Positions 27,438 through 36,664 of a DNA stretch of 55,822 bases are shown here, piece by piece (position 1 is the first letter of the stretch; each line of letters starts with the position of its first letter). The position numbers were made by a program, and so were the translations under genes. The notes under the pieces were generated by a model. The model worked only from the letters and a program-made list of their open reading frames with translations. It had not been told where the DNA came from and made no database searches. Location: positions 1-55,822 of the forward strand of contig CALJMB010000326.1 in the NCBI GenBank assembly GCA_937982515.1, in the 5' to 3' direction. This DNA is from an uncultured Balneolaceae bacterium (GTDB lineage: Bacteria; Bacteroidota; Rhodothermia; Balneolales; Balneolaceae).

Positions 27438-29117
27438 ATGGGATCGCGAGATAAGAAAAAAAGCAAAATCGAAATCATTAAGGAAGAAAGCGATTATCTG
27501 CGGGGCAGCCTTACAGAAGAAGTGGGAAACGACCTTTCCCACTTCAGTAAGGTTGCAATTCAGCTGCTTAAGTTCCACGGCACGTACCAGCAGGATGACC
27601 GCGATCTTCGCCAGGGCCGGGACAGGCATTGGATGTTTATGATCCGGGGCCGTCTGCCGGGAGGCAAGATGACAGCAGACCAATACCTGGCTATCGACAA
27701 AATTGCCGATCGCTATGCCGATGGCACGCTGCGCGTTACCACACGGCAGGCCTTTCAGCTGCATGGAGTGATCAAGGAGAATTTAAAGCAAACCATGCAG
27801 GATATTAACAAAGCTTTAGTTACCACACTGGGAGCCTGTGGCGATATCGTACGCAATGTCATGGCCACTCCCGCACCCGATATAGATGGCCGCCAGGCCC
27901 AAGTTCAGGCATTTGCCGATGAGCTTTCTGATACGCTGCTTCCCGCTTCCAATGCGTATCATGAGGTGTGGCTGGATGGTGAGAAAGTGTACTCGGGCAA
28001 AGAGGAGATCGTCGAAAACGAACCTCTATATGGCGATAGCTATCTTCCGAGGAAATTTAAAATCGGTGTCGCTCTGCCGGGAGATAACAGTATTGATGTA
28101 TATACCCAGGACATTGGGCTGGTAGCGCTTTTTGACGACGAGAATAACATAGAAGGTTTTAATGTCATTATAGGCGGTGGCATGGGAATGAACCACCGAA
28201 AGCCGGATACATTCCCCAGGCTTGGCGATCATTTGGGATATGTCTCCAAAGAGCAGGTAGTTTCTGCAGTAAAAGGCATTATTGAAATTCAGCGGGATTA
28301 CGGAAACCGCATCAACCGGAAGCGTGCACGTATGAAATACCTGGTGGATGAATGGGGAGTCGAAAAGTTTCACGATGAATTGGTAAAACGGACCGGTTTC
28401 GCGCTCCATCCCTTCCGTGAGCTGCCGGAGTTTGGCCTGGACCTTTACCTGGGCTGGAACCGGCAGTCAGATGGAAACTGGTTCCTGGGGCTTTCTATAG
28501 AAAACGGCCGCATCAAGAACGATGAAAACTTGCAGCTGAAAACTGGCCTCCGGGAGGTGGTGGAACAGTTTGGAGTGGGGGTTAGGCTGACCCCAAACCA
28601 GAATGTGTTATTGACAGATATCAAAGAAGAGGACAAAGCCGGCATATCGCAGATTCTAAGCAGCCATAATGTGCTCTTCGGAGAGGATCTTTCCAATCTG
28701 CTAAAATATTCAATGGCCTGCCCGGCAATGCCAACCTGTGGACTTGCAATTACAGAATCGGAACGGGTGCTGCCAGGGGTGATCCGGGAGCTGGAAGAAG
28801 TGATTCGTGAACTCGGGCTTGAAGAAGAAAAGATTTCGATTCGTATGTCTGGCTGCCCCAACGGCTGTTCCCGTCCTTATGTAGCCGACATTGGCTTTGT
28901 AGGAAGATCACTAAATAAATATACCATTTTTGTTGGCGGAGATCCTTCCGGAACCCGTCTGAATAAAGAATACAAAGATTTGGTATCGCTGGAAGATCTG
29001 GTTAAGGAAGTGCGCCCCCTGCTGGAACACTACAAAGAACACAGAGCAGAACAGGAATCCTTTGGCAATTTTTGGAACCGTACCGGGATCGGAGAAAACG
29101 GACAAATTCTAGTATGA
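27438..29117 (+). CDS. sir: Assimilatory sulfite reductase hemoprotein (siroheme/4Fe-4S), probably ferredoxin-dependent
   Basis: 559 aa; nitrite/sulfite reductase repeats; cluster-binding cysteines MACPAMPTCGLA and SGCPNGCSRP; no cysJ-like flavoprotein gene nearby but a ferredoxin gene in the cluster. Confidence 0.9.
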   Translation: MGSRDKKKSKIEIIKEESDYLRGSLTEEVGNDLSHFSKVAIQLLKFHGTYQQDDRDLRQGRDRHWMFMIRGRLPGGKMTADQYLAIDKIADRYADGTLRVTTRQAFQLHGVIKENLKQTMQDINKALVTTLGACGDIVRNVMATPAPDIDGRQAQVQAFADELSDTLLPASNAYHEVWLDGEKVYSGKEEIVENEPLYGDSYLPRKFKIGVALPGDNSIDVYTQDIGLVALFDDENNIEGFNVIIGGGMGMNHRKPDTFPRLGDHLGYVSKEQVVSAVKGIIEIQRDYGNRINRKRARMKYLVDEWGVEKFHDELVKRTGFALHPFRELPEFGLDLYLGWNRQSDGNWFLGLSIENGRIKNDENLQLKTGLREVVEQFGVGVRLTPNQNVLLTDIKEEDKAGISQILSSHNVLFGEDLSNLLKYSMACPAMPTCGLAITESERVLPGVIRELEEVIRELGLEEEKISIRMSGCPNGCSRPYVADIGFVGRSLNKYTIFVGGDPSGTRLNKEYKDLVSLEDLVKEVRPLLEHYKEHRAEQESFGNFWNRTGIGENGQILV

Positions 29118-29148
29118 AATTTCTCACATATTTTTAATCTTTCTGCCA

Positions 29149-29964
29149 ATGAATAATTTACAGGGCAGCCCCAAAGGCAAGGTGTATCTCGTTGGTGCGG
29201 GGCCCGGGGAACCGGAACTTATTACTTTGCGTGGTGCAAAGATTTTAAAAAAATCCGAAGTCGTTGTTTATGACCGTCTGGCAAATTCAGAGATATTAGC
29301 CATGACCCCGGAGCATTCCGAACATATATACGTTGGTAAAAAGCCGGGCCGGCCATCGGTGTCTCAACAGCAAATCAACCGTATCGTTATTTCAAAAGCA
29401 CAAGAAGGTAAAACTGTTGTTCGCTTAAAGGGTGGGGATCCGTTCATTTTCGGGCGCGGAGGCGAAGAATGTGAAGCTCTTCGGCGAGCCGGTATTTCTT
29501 ATGAGATTGTTCCAGGCCTTAGCAGTGTATTGGCGGCCCCCGCTTATGCAGGCATACCGCTGACTCACCGTAGATATGGCCGGTCGTTTACTGTTGTAAC
29601 GGGGCATACCGTTGCAGGATCGGATCATTTTGACAATTGGGAACATTTGGCGAATGCCGATACCTTGATTATCTTAATGGGCTTGAAAAACCTGGCAGTC
29701 ATTGCAAGTACTCTGGTACAACTTGGAAAAGAAGCGGATACGCCGGCTGCAGTCATTGAAAATGCCACTTATCAGCACCAGAGAACCATTATTGGCACCC
29801 TAAATGATATTGCTGAAAAGACGGATCACCTTTTACCCCCTGCTACGATTGTGGTGGGAGACCTGGTTTCTCTGAGTAACGATCTGGCCTGGTTTGGTAA
29901 TGATGAGGCTGAAAATCAGACAATTAAGCAGGATTCACAACTTTTTTCAAACTTTGCAGGATAA
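29149..29964 (+). CDS. cobA: Uroporphyrinogen-III C-methyltransferase (SUMT)
   Basis: 271 aa; VYLVGAGPGEPELITLRG and RLKGGDPFIFGRGGEE motifs. Confidence 0.9.
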   Translation: MNNLQGSPKGKVYLVGAGPGEPELITLRGAKILKKSEVVVYDRLANSEILAMTPEHSEHIYVGKKPGRPSVSQQQINRIVISKAQEGKTVVRLKGGDPFIFGRGGEECEALRRAGISYEIVPGLSSVLAAPAYAGIPLTHRRYGRSFTVVTGHTVAGSDHFDNWEHLANADTLIILMGLKNLAVIASTLVQLGKEADTPAAVIENATYQHQRTIIGTLNDIAEKTDHLLPPATIVVGDLVSLSNDLAWFGNDEAENQTIKQDSQLFSNFAG

Positions 29965-29979
29965 CTAATCTTTCGTCAC

Positions 29980-30747
29980 ATGCAAGATACCAACAAATCT
30001 GTACCAACAGATGAACAATGGCCTCCAGAGCTGTTTATTTCGCTAAACAGCCAGCTACAGGAGGCACATCCGGATGAAGTAATAGAATGGGGTTACAAAA
30101 CTTTTGGTTCAGATATGGTGCTCGGAACGGGTTTTGGCCCGTCGGGGATGTTGTTAATTCATCGCATCCAAAAACTGGGGCTGCCTGTTTCAATATTTTA
30201 CCTTGATACGCATTTATTATTCGAAGAAACATACAAACTGTGTGATATTCTGGAAGAACGATACAATGTAGATATCATTCGTGTGGCTACCGATCTCTCG
30301 CTGGAAGAACAGGCTGAGCAATATGGCGATGAACTGTGGGCTAAAGACCCCGATACATGCTGCCATATCAGAAAAGTATTGCCGCTGCGTAACTTCTTGT
30401 CCGATAAGAAAGCCTGGATAAGCGGAGTGCGGCGCAGCCAGTCCGAAACACGCAAGCAGACCCAGGTTATAGAGTGGGATCCTGCAAACGAAGTAATTAA
30501 AATTAATCCACTGGCCACCTGGACGGGAGAAGAAGTGTGGGACTATATCCACATCAATGAACTGCCATATAATCCACTGCACGACGAGGGTTATCCCAGC
30601 ATTGGGTGCATACCCTGTACACAACCGGTTCTTAACGGGGAAGACGAACGGGCCGGACGCTGGAGAGGATCGGATAAAATGGAATGTGGTATTCACGTAC
30701 CGACCCAGAATTTCCATAACGGTCTGAGCAACGGCGTAAAAAAATAG
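29980..30747 (+). CDS. cysH: Adenylyl-sulfate/PAPS reductase (thioredoxin-dependent); the Fe-S type motifs suggest APS reductase
   Basis: 255 aa; CC pair (DPDTCCHIRK), CxxC (GCIPCT) and C-terminal ECGIH motif. Confidence 0.9.
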   Translation: MQDTNKSVPTDEQWPPELFISLNSQLQEAHPDEVIEWGYKTFGSDMVLGTGFGPSGMLLIHRIQKLGLPVSIFYLDTHLLFEETYKLCDILEERYNVDIIRVATDLSLEEQAEQYGDELWAKDPDTCCHIRKVLPLRNFLSDKKAWISGVRRSQSETRKQTQVIEWDPANEVIKINPLATWTGEEVWDYIHINELPYNPLHDEGYPSIGCIPCTQPVLNGEDERAGRWRGSDKMECGIHVPTQNFHNGLSNGVKK

Positions 30748-30756
30748 TACAGGGCA

Positions 30757-31416
30757 ATGGAAGTCTTCCCAATCTATCTGAGCAAACTAGATACAAAAAA
30801 AACGGTACTGATAGGCGGTAACTATGAAGCCGAAGGTAAAGCGAAACAGTTACTCGATCGCAATGCCTTACTCACTGTGATTAGCCCGCAACTGACGACT
30901 AAACTGCATGCCTGGGCCGAAGAGGAACGCTTTAGCTGGATACGGAGGACGTATCGCAGAGGAGATCTGGAGGGTGCATTCATGGCCATAGTCGCAGAAT
31001 TTGAAGGAGATGTCAACAAACAAGTATACCGCGAGGCAGAAGAACTGGGAATTTTGGTAAATGTAATGGATGATATCCCTCATGCAAACTTTGCCTTTGG
31101 ATCTGTTGTTAAACAAGGGCTACTCACTTTATCCGTGTCAACCGGCGGGGCGGCTCCGGCTCTGGCTGTAAGGCTGCGCCAGCGGTTTGAGGAGGAGTTC
31201 GGGCCGGAATACGCCGTTTTTCTGGAGCTTATGCAAAAACTGAGGAAGCCTATGGCACACTATCATCCCGAATTTGAAATCCGCAAAAAGCTCTGGTATG
31301 AATTGATTGATTCTGAAATACTGAGCATGTTACGGCAAGGGAAAGTAGGCGAGGCTCATCTCAAAACAGCAGAGATTGTGGGAGAGCCGGTTCTGACAGA
31401 AGCATTGAAAACATGA
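30757..31416 (+). CDS. Precorrin-2 dehydrogenase / sirohydrochlorin ferrochelatase (CysG N-terminal-type, SirC/Met8-like)
   Basis: 219 aa; Rossmann-like N-terminus (VLIGGNYEAEGK); STGGAAPALAVRLRQ motif. Confidence 0.8.
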   Translation: MEVFPIYLSKLDTKKTVLIGGNYEAEGKAKQLLDRNALLTVISPQLTTKLHAWAEEERFSWIRRTYRRGDLEGAFMAIVAEFEGDVNKQVYREAEELGILVNVMDDIPHANFAFGSVVKQGLLTLSVSTGGAAPALAVRLRQRFEEEFGPEYAVFLELMQKLRKPMAHYHPEFEIRKKLWYELIDSEILSMLRQGKVGEAHLKTAEIVGEPVLTEALKT

Positions 31417-31666
31417 ATGATTGTGTATAAAGGCCGAGCATAGTCCTATAGTGTATTGTACGCCTATATCTGGTATAATATGAACTCTTTTTCACCAGAT
31501 CGGAATAGCAAAGGCCGCAGACAGACGACCAAAGGCCCTGCAGGCCGCTGCGGTCTTCCTCATGACAATAAGATCAGCTTTGCTATAAGATTTATTGTTG
31601 AATGCCAGGCTGATCCTGATTTTCTGAATTTTCTAAATATTAATTACTCTATAACGAGAAACTAAC

Positions 31667-32002
31667 ATGGCTTACGTAGTTACCGAACCTTGCATCAACT
31701 GTAAATATACCAACTGTGCAGCAGTTTGCCCCGTAGACGCTTTTCGTGAAGGGCCTAACTTTTTGACCATTGATCCTCTGGATTGTATAGATTGCGATGC
31801 TTGCGTCCCTGAGTGCCCGGTTGAGGCTATTTATCCGGATGATGAAGTACCCCAGGAGTGGGAGCATTATATAGAGCTGAATGAACGGCTTGCGGAAAAC
31901 TGGCAAGATCGCATCATCAATCAAACCCAGGATCCGCTGCCCGATGCCGATGACTGGGCCGAAAAAGAAGACAAAGAAGACCTGTTGCAGGAGGACTGGT
32001 AA
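31667..32002 (+). CDS. fdxA: 7Fe-type ferredoxin (FdxA-like)
   Basis: 111 aa; CINCKYTNCAAVCP and CIDCDACVPECP cluster motifs. Confidence 0.9.
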   Translation: MAYVVTEPCINCKYTNCAAVCPVDAFREGPNFLTIDPLDCIDCDACVPECPVEAIYPDDEVPQEWEHYIELNERLAENWQDRIINQTQDPLPDADDWAEKEDKEDLLQEDW

Positions 32003-32117
32003 GCGATTGGATGCCGGCTTTCAGTGAAGGCCCCCCATATATCATATCTGTGCTTATCAGAGCCCCAGCTGCAGCACCCGCGTTCTATAGAAACGACAGA
32101 CTATAGCTGGCATAGCA

Positions 32118-33287
32118 CTAGCTCTCCAGCGCTTGTTCCACATCCCCGATGATATCCTCTACGGCCTCAAGGCCCACAGCGATGCGGATGAGGCCCGGAG
32201 TGATGCTCACTTCTCTGCGCTCTTCATCCGACAGCTTGGAATGAGTAGTCGACGCCGGGTGTGTGGCAATGGAGCGGGTGTCTCCCAGATTGGCGGAAAG
32301 TGATATCATGGAGAGGTTATCCAGGAATTTTTTAGCCCTCTCATAACCGCCTTTAATGTTAAAAGTGACAACGCCACCGCCTGATCGCATCTGTTTCCGA
32401 GCCAGATCATATTGAGGATGGCTTTTCAGGAATGGATACTTCACCCACTCTACCTGGTCATGCGATTCCAGAAACGCGGCGAATTGCAGTGCGTTAGCGG
32501 AATGCTTTTCCATACGTACAGGCAGTGTTTCCAGGCTTTTGGAGAAGAGCCAGGCATTGAACGGGGAGAGTGAAGGGCCGGTATGTCGGGTAAAAAACCG
32601 AATCTCTTCTATATATCGAGCCTTACCTACAATAACGCCGCCGATGCCACGCCCTTGACCGTCGATAAACTTGGTGGCGGAATGAACCACAATATCGGCG
32701 CCATATTCCATTGGTTTCTGCAGATAAGGGGTGGCAAAGCAGTTATCGACGATGGTGATCAGGCCGTGTTTATTTGCCAGGCTACAGGCCCATTCCAGAT
32801 CGATAAGATCCAACCCCGGATTAGAGGGTGTTTCAAGAAAAATAATTTTCGTATTGTCCTGAATAAGTTGTTCCCAGGACTCAGGCTGGTCAATATTTAT
32901 ATACGAAAAGTCTATCCCCCATTTAGGGAATACAGAGCTCAAAATCTGATGGGTTGAACCAAAAATCGAACGGCAGGCTATGACATGATCTCCCTGTTCC
33001 AGCAAGGCTGCCATGCTGGAAAATACAGCGGCCATACCCGAGGCCGTAGAAATACCCGCTTCAGCCCCCTCCATCAGGCACATTTTAGCGACAAACTCAT
33101 CGGTGTTCGGATTGGAGTAGCGGCTGTAGATATTTCCATCCACTTCACTGGCAAACATCGCCCGTGCGTGCTCCGCGGAATCGAACACGAAGCTGGATGT
33201 CATAAAAAGAGGAGTGGAATGTTCTCGTTGCCCGGAGCGCCTGGTTTGTGTTCTGATTACCTGTGTTTTTGCCTGCTTATCTGGCAT
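32118..33287 (-). CDS. O-succinyl/O-acetyl-homoserine sulfhydrylase (Cys/Met-metabolism PLP enzyme, MetZ/MetY-like)
   Basis: Start placed at MPDKQAKTQ (Met39), which removes the overlap with osmC; PLP lysine context HSATKFIDGQG; SRYSNPNTDEF motif. Confidence 0.85.
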   Translation of the reverse strand: MPDKQAKTQVIRTQTRRSGQREHSTPLFMTSSFVFDSAEHARAMFASEVDGNIYSRYSNPNTDEFVAKMCLMEGAEAGISTASGMAAVFSSMAALLEQGDHVIACRSIFGSTHQILSSVFPKWGIDFSYINIDQPESWEQLIQDNTKIIFLETPSNPGLDLIDLEWACSLANKHGLITIVDNCFATPYLQKPMEYGADIVVHSATKFIDGQGRGIGGVIVGKARYIEEIRFFTRHTGPSLSPFNAWLFSKSLETLPVRMEKHSANALQFAAFLESHDQVEWVKYPFLKSHPQYDLARKQMRSGGGVVTFNIKGGYERAKKFLDNLSMISLSANLGDTRSIATHPASTTHSKLSDEERREVSITPGLIRIAVGLEAVEDIIGDVEQALES

Positions 33288-33297
33288 ATGGGTGGCC

Positions 33298-33717
33298 TCA
33301 GGATTTGTTGATGGAATAACTGTGAGTGATGACAGCTGTTTTTTCGAGTATCTTTGAAACGGAGCAATATTTACCCAGCGAAAGATCAATCGCGCGTTCA
33401 ACCTTTTTAGGGTCCAGGGTACCTTTTAAGTCGAAATGTATATGAATTTTCTCGAACTCAGAATAGGTGTCTTTTTTCACCCGGTCTCCATCCACAACGA
33501 CCTGCAGGGCGGTTAACTCCTGTTTCTGTTTTTTTAAGATGCCGATCACATCAATAGCACTGCAGCCTCCAACGCCGGCTAATAGAAGCTGCATAGGGCT
33601 AAATCCGCCTTCCAACCCTCCAATACTTCGGGTACCATCTATCCGAATGATTCCGCCTTCTTCATTTTTCGCCTCCATGTGCAGCTCTTCATCGAGCCGG
33701 TCAATTACTATGTGCAT
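33298..33717 (-). CDS. OsmC/Ohr-family peroxiredoxin-like protein
   Basis: 139 aa; two conserved Cys contexts (GGCSAIDV and GKYCSVS). Confidence 0.8.
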   Translation of the reverse strand: MHIVIDRLDEELHMEAKNEEGGIIRIDGTRSIGGLEGGFSPMQLLLAGVGGCSAIDVIGILKKQKQELTALQVVVDGDRVKKDTYSEFEKIHIHFDLKGTLDPKKVERAIDLSLGKYCSVSKILEKTAVITHSYSINKS

Positions 33718-33814
33718 AAGATGGATAATCTGTTATAAATTTATCATTTGCAGGCAAAGTAAGAAAAGACATTTGATATAGAAAGAGAGGTGATATAGAA
33801 AGAGAGGCGTAAAG

Positions 33815-33848
33815 TAAAAAAGTCTGCCCGGTTTTCACACCGGGCAGA
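33815..33848 (-). terminator. ilvE terminator TCTGCCCGG-N8-CCGGGCAGA followed by a U-run on the minus strand
   Basis: Read directly; 6 nt after the ilvE stop. Confidence 0.85.
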
Positions 33849-33853
33849 TTGGT

Positions 33854-34966
33854 TTACTTAACGTCAGACATCCAATGATGGGTGTCTTTTTGAGTTCCGT
33901 ATTGAATACCGGTAATTGCATCATAAAGCCGCTGCGCGAAGGGACCGATTTGTACTTTGTCGGTTACAATCGTTTCTCCGTTATGATGAATAGACCCTAC
34001 CGGAGAAATAACAGCTGCCGTTCCCGTTCCGAACACTTCTTCAAGTGTGCCTGTGCGGTGAGCTTCAAAAACTTCATCGATACTTACGGGCCGTTCCTCT
34101 ACTTCCACTCCCCACTCTCTGGCCAGATGGATTGCAGAGTCGCGGGTAACGCCGCCCAGTATGGAACCGCCCAGGCCGGGGGTAATCAATTTGCCACCAA
34201 TCTTAAAGAAAATATTCATGGTGCCAACTTCCTCAATATATTTGTGCTCATGCGCATCCAGCCATAAAACCTGCGTGTAACCGTCTTTTTGGGCCTGGAG
34301 AGCCGGTAACAGGGAAGGGCCATAGTTACAGGCTGTCTTGATAAACCCGGATCCCCCTTTTGCCGCCCGGATATACTGATCGGTGGTTGTCAGGCTTACC
34401 GGATTGATTCCTTCTTTATAGTAGGCGCCTACCGGAGAAGTCATGATAAACATCCGGTATGTTTTGGATGGGCGTACCCCCAGATAAGGATCCGTCGCGA
34501 AAATAAGGGGGCGGATATAGAGCGCATTGCCTTTTTTCTGCGGTACCCAGTCTTTATCAACGGAAATCAACTCTTTGAGAGCCTGTACCAGGAAATCCGG
34601 ATCGATTTCGGGAATACACATACGCCGGCACGACATGTTCAGCCTTTCAAAATGCCGGCGGGGACGGAATATCTGAATCCGGCCATCCTGCCCGCGGAAT
34701 GCTTTCATCCCTTCAAACACGGTTTGCCCGTAATGAAGGGTTGCCATAGCTGGTGAGCAGCTAAAATCAGCGAAAGGAATAATCTTCTCATTTGCCCAGG
34801 ATCCGTCACGGTATTCCATACTGAACAGGTGGTCTGAGAAACTACTTCCGAAACCGGGATCATCCAGATTGGTTTCATGAAGCCGGCTCGAAGTACAGGC
34901 ATGAAAAGGAATAGCGTGATGGCCGTTCTTCTGAGATATCGTTGTAGAGTGTGAAGCTTGCTTCAT
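33854..34966 (-). CDS. ilvE: Branched-chain amino acid aminotransferase
   Basis: 370 aa; class IV aminotransferase motifs (HYGQTVFEGMKAF, GTGTAAVISPV); start overlaps the leuB stop (ATGA). Confidence 0.92.
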   Translation of the reverse strand: MKQASHSTTISQKNGHHAIPFHACTSSRLHETNLDDPGFGSSFSDHLFSMEYRDGSWANEKIIPFADFSCSPAMATLHYGQTVFEGMKAFRGQDGRIQIFRPRRHFERLNMSCRRMCIPEIDPDFLVQALKELISVDKDWVPQKKGNALYIRPLIFATDPYLGVRPSKTYRMFIMTSPVGAYYKEGINPVSLTTTDQYIRAAKGGSGFIKTACNYGPSLLPALQAQKDGYTQVLWLDAHEHKYIEEVGTMNIFFKIGGKLITPGLGGSILGGVTRDSAIHLAREWGVEVEERPVSIDEVFEAHRTGTLEEVFGTGTAAVISPVGSIHHNGETIVTDKVQIGPFAQRLYDAITGIQYGTQKDTHHWMSDVK

Positions 34967-36069
34967 AAGAGGGTGCCGGGTTGCAAGTTTGGATTTAAAT
35001 GTTTCATGATGGCAGAACCCATTTCTGAGGTGCTTACCAGGTGTTCTTCAGGCGATTGGGTATAGATGTCAGGAGTCCTGAATCCCTCCTCCAGTGCGGT
35101 GTCTATAGCTTCTTCAATTTCCTGAGCCGTCTCTTCCAGATCCAGCGCGTACCGGCAGAGCATGGCAGCTGAAGCTATAGCAGCTATGGGATTGGCCTTT
35201 CCCTGTCCGGCTATGTCCGGAGCGGAACCGTGTACCGGCTCGAACAGCGCTGTGCTCTCTCCGAGACTCGCAGAAGGGAGCATACCGATAGAGCCGGTAA
35301 GCATAGAGGCTTCGTCGCTGAGAATGTCGCCAAACATATTGGAGGTAAGAATGACGTCAAACTGCGCGGGGTTGCGGATAAGTTGCATGGCACAGTTATC
35401 TACCAGCATATGGCTGAGGCTCACATCCTTCCACTGCGATGAGTACTCTGTAACCGTCTTTCTCCACAGACGCGAGGTGTCGAGAACATTAGCCTTGTCT
35501 ACCGAACAGAGCCCGCCGCGGCGGTTCGATGCCATCTCAAAGGCTTTTACGGCAATACGATAAATCTCGGAGCTGTGGTATTCCATAGTGTCAACGGCAT
35601 ATTCTCCGTCGTCTTTGGTCGTGATAAAACGCGGAAGCCCAAAATAGATGCCGCCTGTCAATTCACGAACAATGAGGATATCTACGCCTTCAATAACCTC
35701 ACGTTTGAGATTCGAAGCTCCAACAAGAGCGGAATAAATTTTAACAGGACGTAAATTGGCATATAAATCCAATTCCTTACGTATCTGTAACAAGCCCGCT
35801 TCCGGTCGCGTTTCTTTTGGATGATTATCCCACTTCGGATCTCCCACGGCACCAAGCAGTACGGCAGAAGCATTCTTACAGGCTTCTAATGTCTCCTCAG
35901 TCAGGGGAATGCCATGCTTTTCGATACTTTTACCCCCAAAAGGGAATTCACGTACCTTCAACTTATAACCATGGCGATGACATACCGCCTGAAGTATGCT
36001 GATGGCTTCGCGGGTAACTTCGGGCCCGATGCCATCACCGGGAAGCGCTATTATTTCTTTTGTGACCAT
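34963..36069 (-). CDS. leuB: 3-isopropylmalate dehydrogenase
   Basis: 368 aa; LPGDGIGPEV N-terminus; NMFGDILSDEASMLTGSIGMLPSAS signature. Confidence 0.95.
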   Translation of the reverse strand: MVTKEIIALPGDGIGPEVTREAISILQAVCHRHGYKLKVREFPFGGKSIEKHGIPLTEETLEACKNASAVLLGAVGDPKWDNHPKETRPEAGLLQIRKELDLYANLRPVKIYSALVGASNLKREVIEGVDILIVRELTGGIYFGLPRFITTKDDGEYAVDTMEYHSSEIYRIAVKAFEMASNRRGGLCSVDKANVLDTSRLWRKTVTEYSSQWKDVSLSHMLVDNCAMQLIRNPAQFDVILTSNMFGDILSDEASMLTGSIGMLPSASLGESTALFEPVHGSAPDIAGQGKANPIAAIASAAMLCRYALDLEETAQEIEEAIDTALEEGFRTPDIYTQSPEEHLVSTSEMGSAIMKHLNPNLQPGTLL

Positions 36070-36074
36070 TTACC

Positions 36075-36641
36075 TCAAACCATCCCTTCTTTACGTGCAT
36101 AGTGAAAGATTCCGCCGGATTGTACAATTTCCGCTACGCTGCCTAGTTTGCGTATGCTGTGAGACCGCCCCTGGCTTTCGTTTTCCACCTGTTGGATATC
36201 GGGGTTGATAATCAGCTCGTCGCCGGTTTTAATCTCGGCGCTCAGATCTTCCAGGCTTTCGTAAGGGATGACAAAGCCGCCGTCTACCGAATTGCGATAG
36301 AAAATGCGTGCGTACGTAGGAGCAATGATGGCTTTGATGCCGGCGATCTGAAGAGAAGCGGGGGCGTGTTCACGCGAGGAACCACACCCGAAATTGGGTC
36401 CGGCAACAATAATACTGTATTCCGACTGGAAGGCGCCTTCCGCAACGAGCGGAATATGACCCATGGGCAGCCCCGATTCTTCATCAGGTACTCCCGACAG
36501 GGCGTAGGAGCCGTAATACTTGCGTTCTTCCGGGTCATTCAGGCTGTAAACCAGGTGTTGAGCGGGAATGATCTGATCAGTATCTATATTCTTTCCAAGA
36601 ACAAAAGCTTTGCCCTTAATAATAGATGAAGAGTTATCCAT
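36075..36641 (-). CDS. leuD: 3-isopropylmalate dehydratase small subunit
   Basis: 188 aa; GPNFGCGSSREHA motif. Confidence 0.93.
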   Translation of the reverse strand: MDNSSSIIKGKAFVLGKNIDTDQIIPAQHLVYSLNDPEERKYYGSYALSGVPDEESGLPMGHIPLVAEGAFQSEYSIIVAGPNFGCGSSREHAPASLQIAGIKAIIAPTYARIFYRNSVDGGFVIPYESLEDLSAEIKTGDELIINPDIQQVENESQGRSHSIRKLGSVAEIVQSGGIFHYARKEGMV

Positions 36642-36664
36642 TGTATCTGTATAAATCTGTTAGG

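Noticed and set aside
31456-31665. 69-aa ORF upstream of the ferredoxin gene
   Set aside because: It has no motifs, a basic low-complexity composition, and sits in a probable promoter/leader region.
33288-33401. 38-codon N-terminal extension of the sulfhydrylase ORF overlapping osmC
   Set aside because: The internal Met39 gives a normal-length (390 aa) enzyme starting 11 nt after the osmC stop. The extension has no homology-like features.
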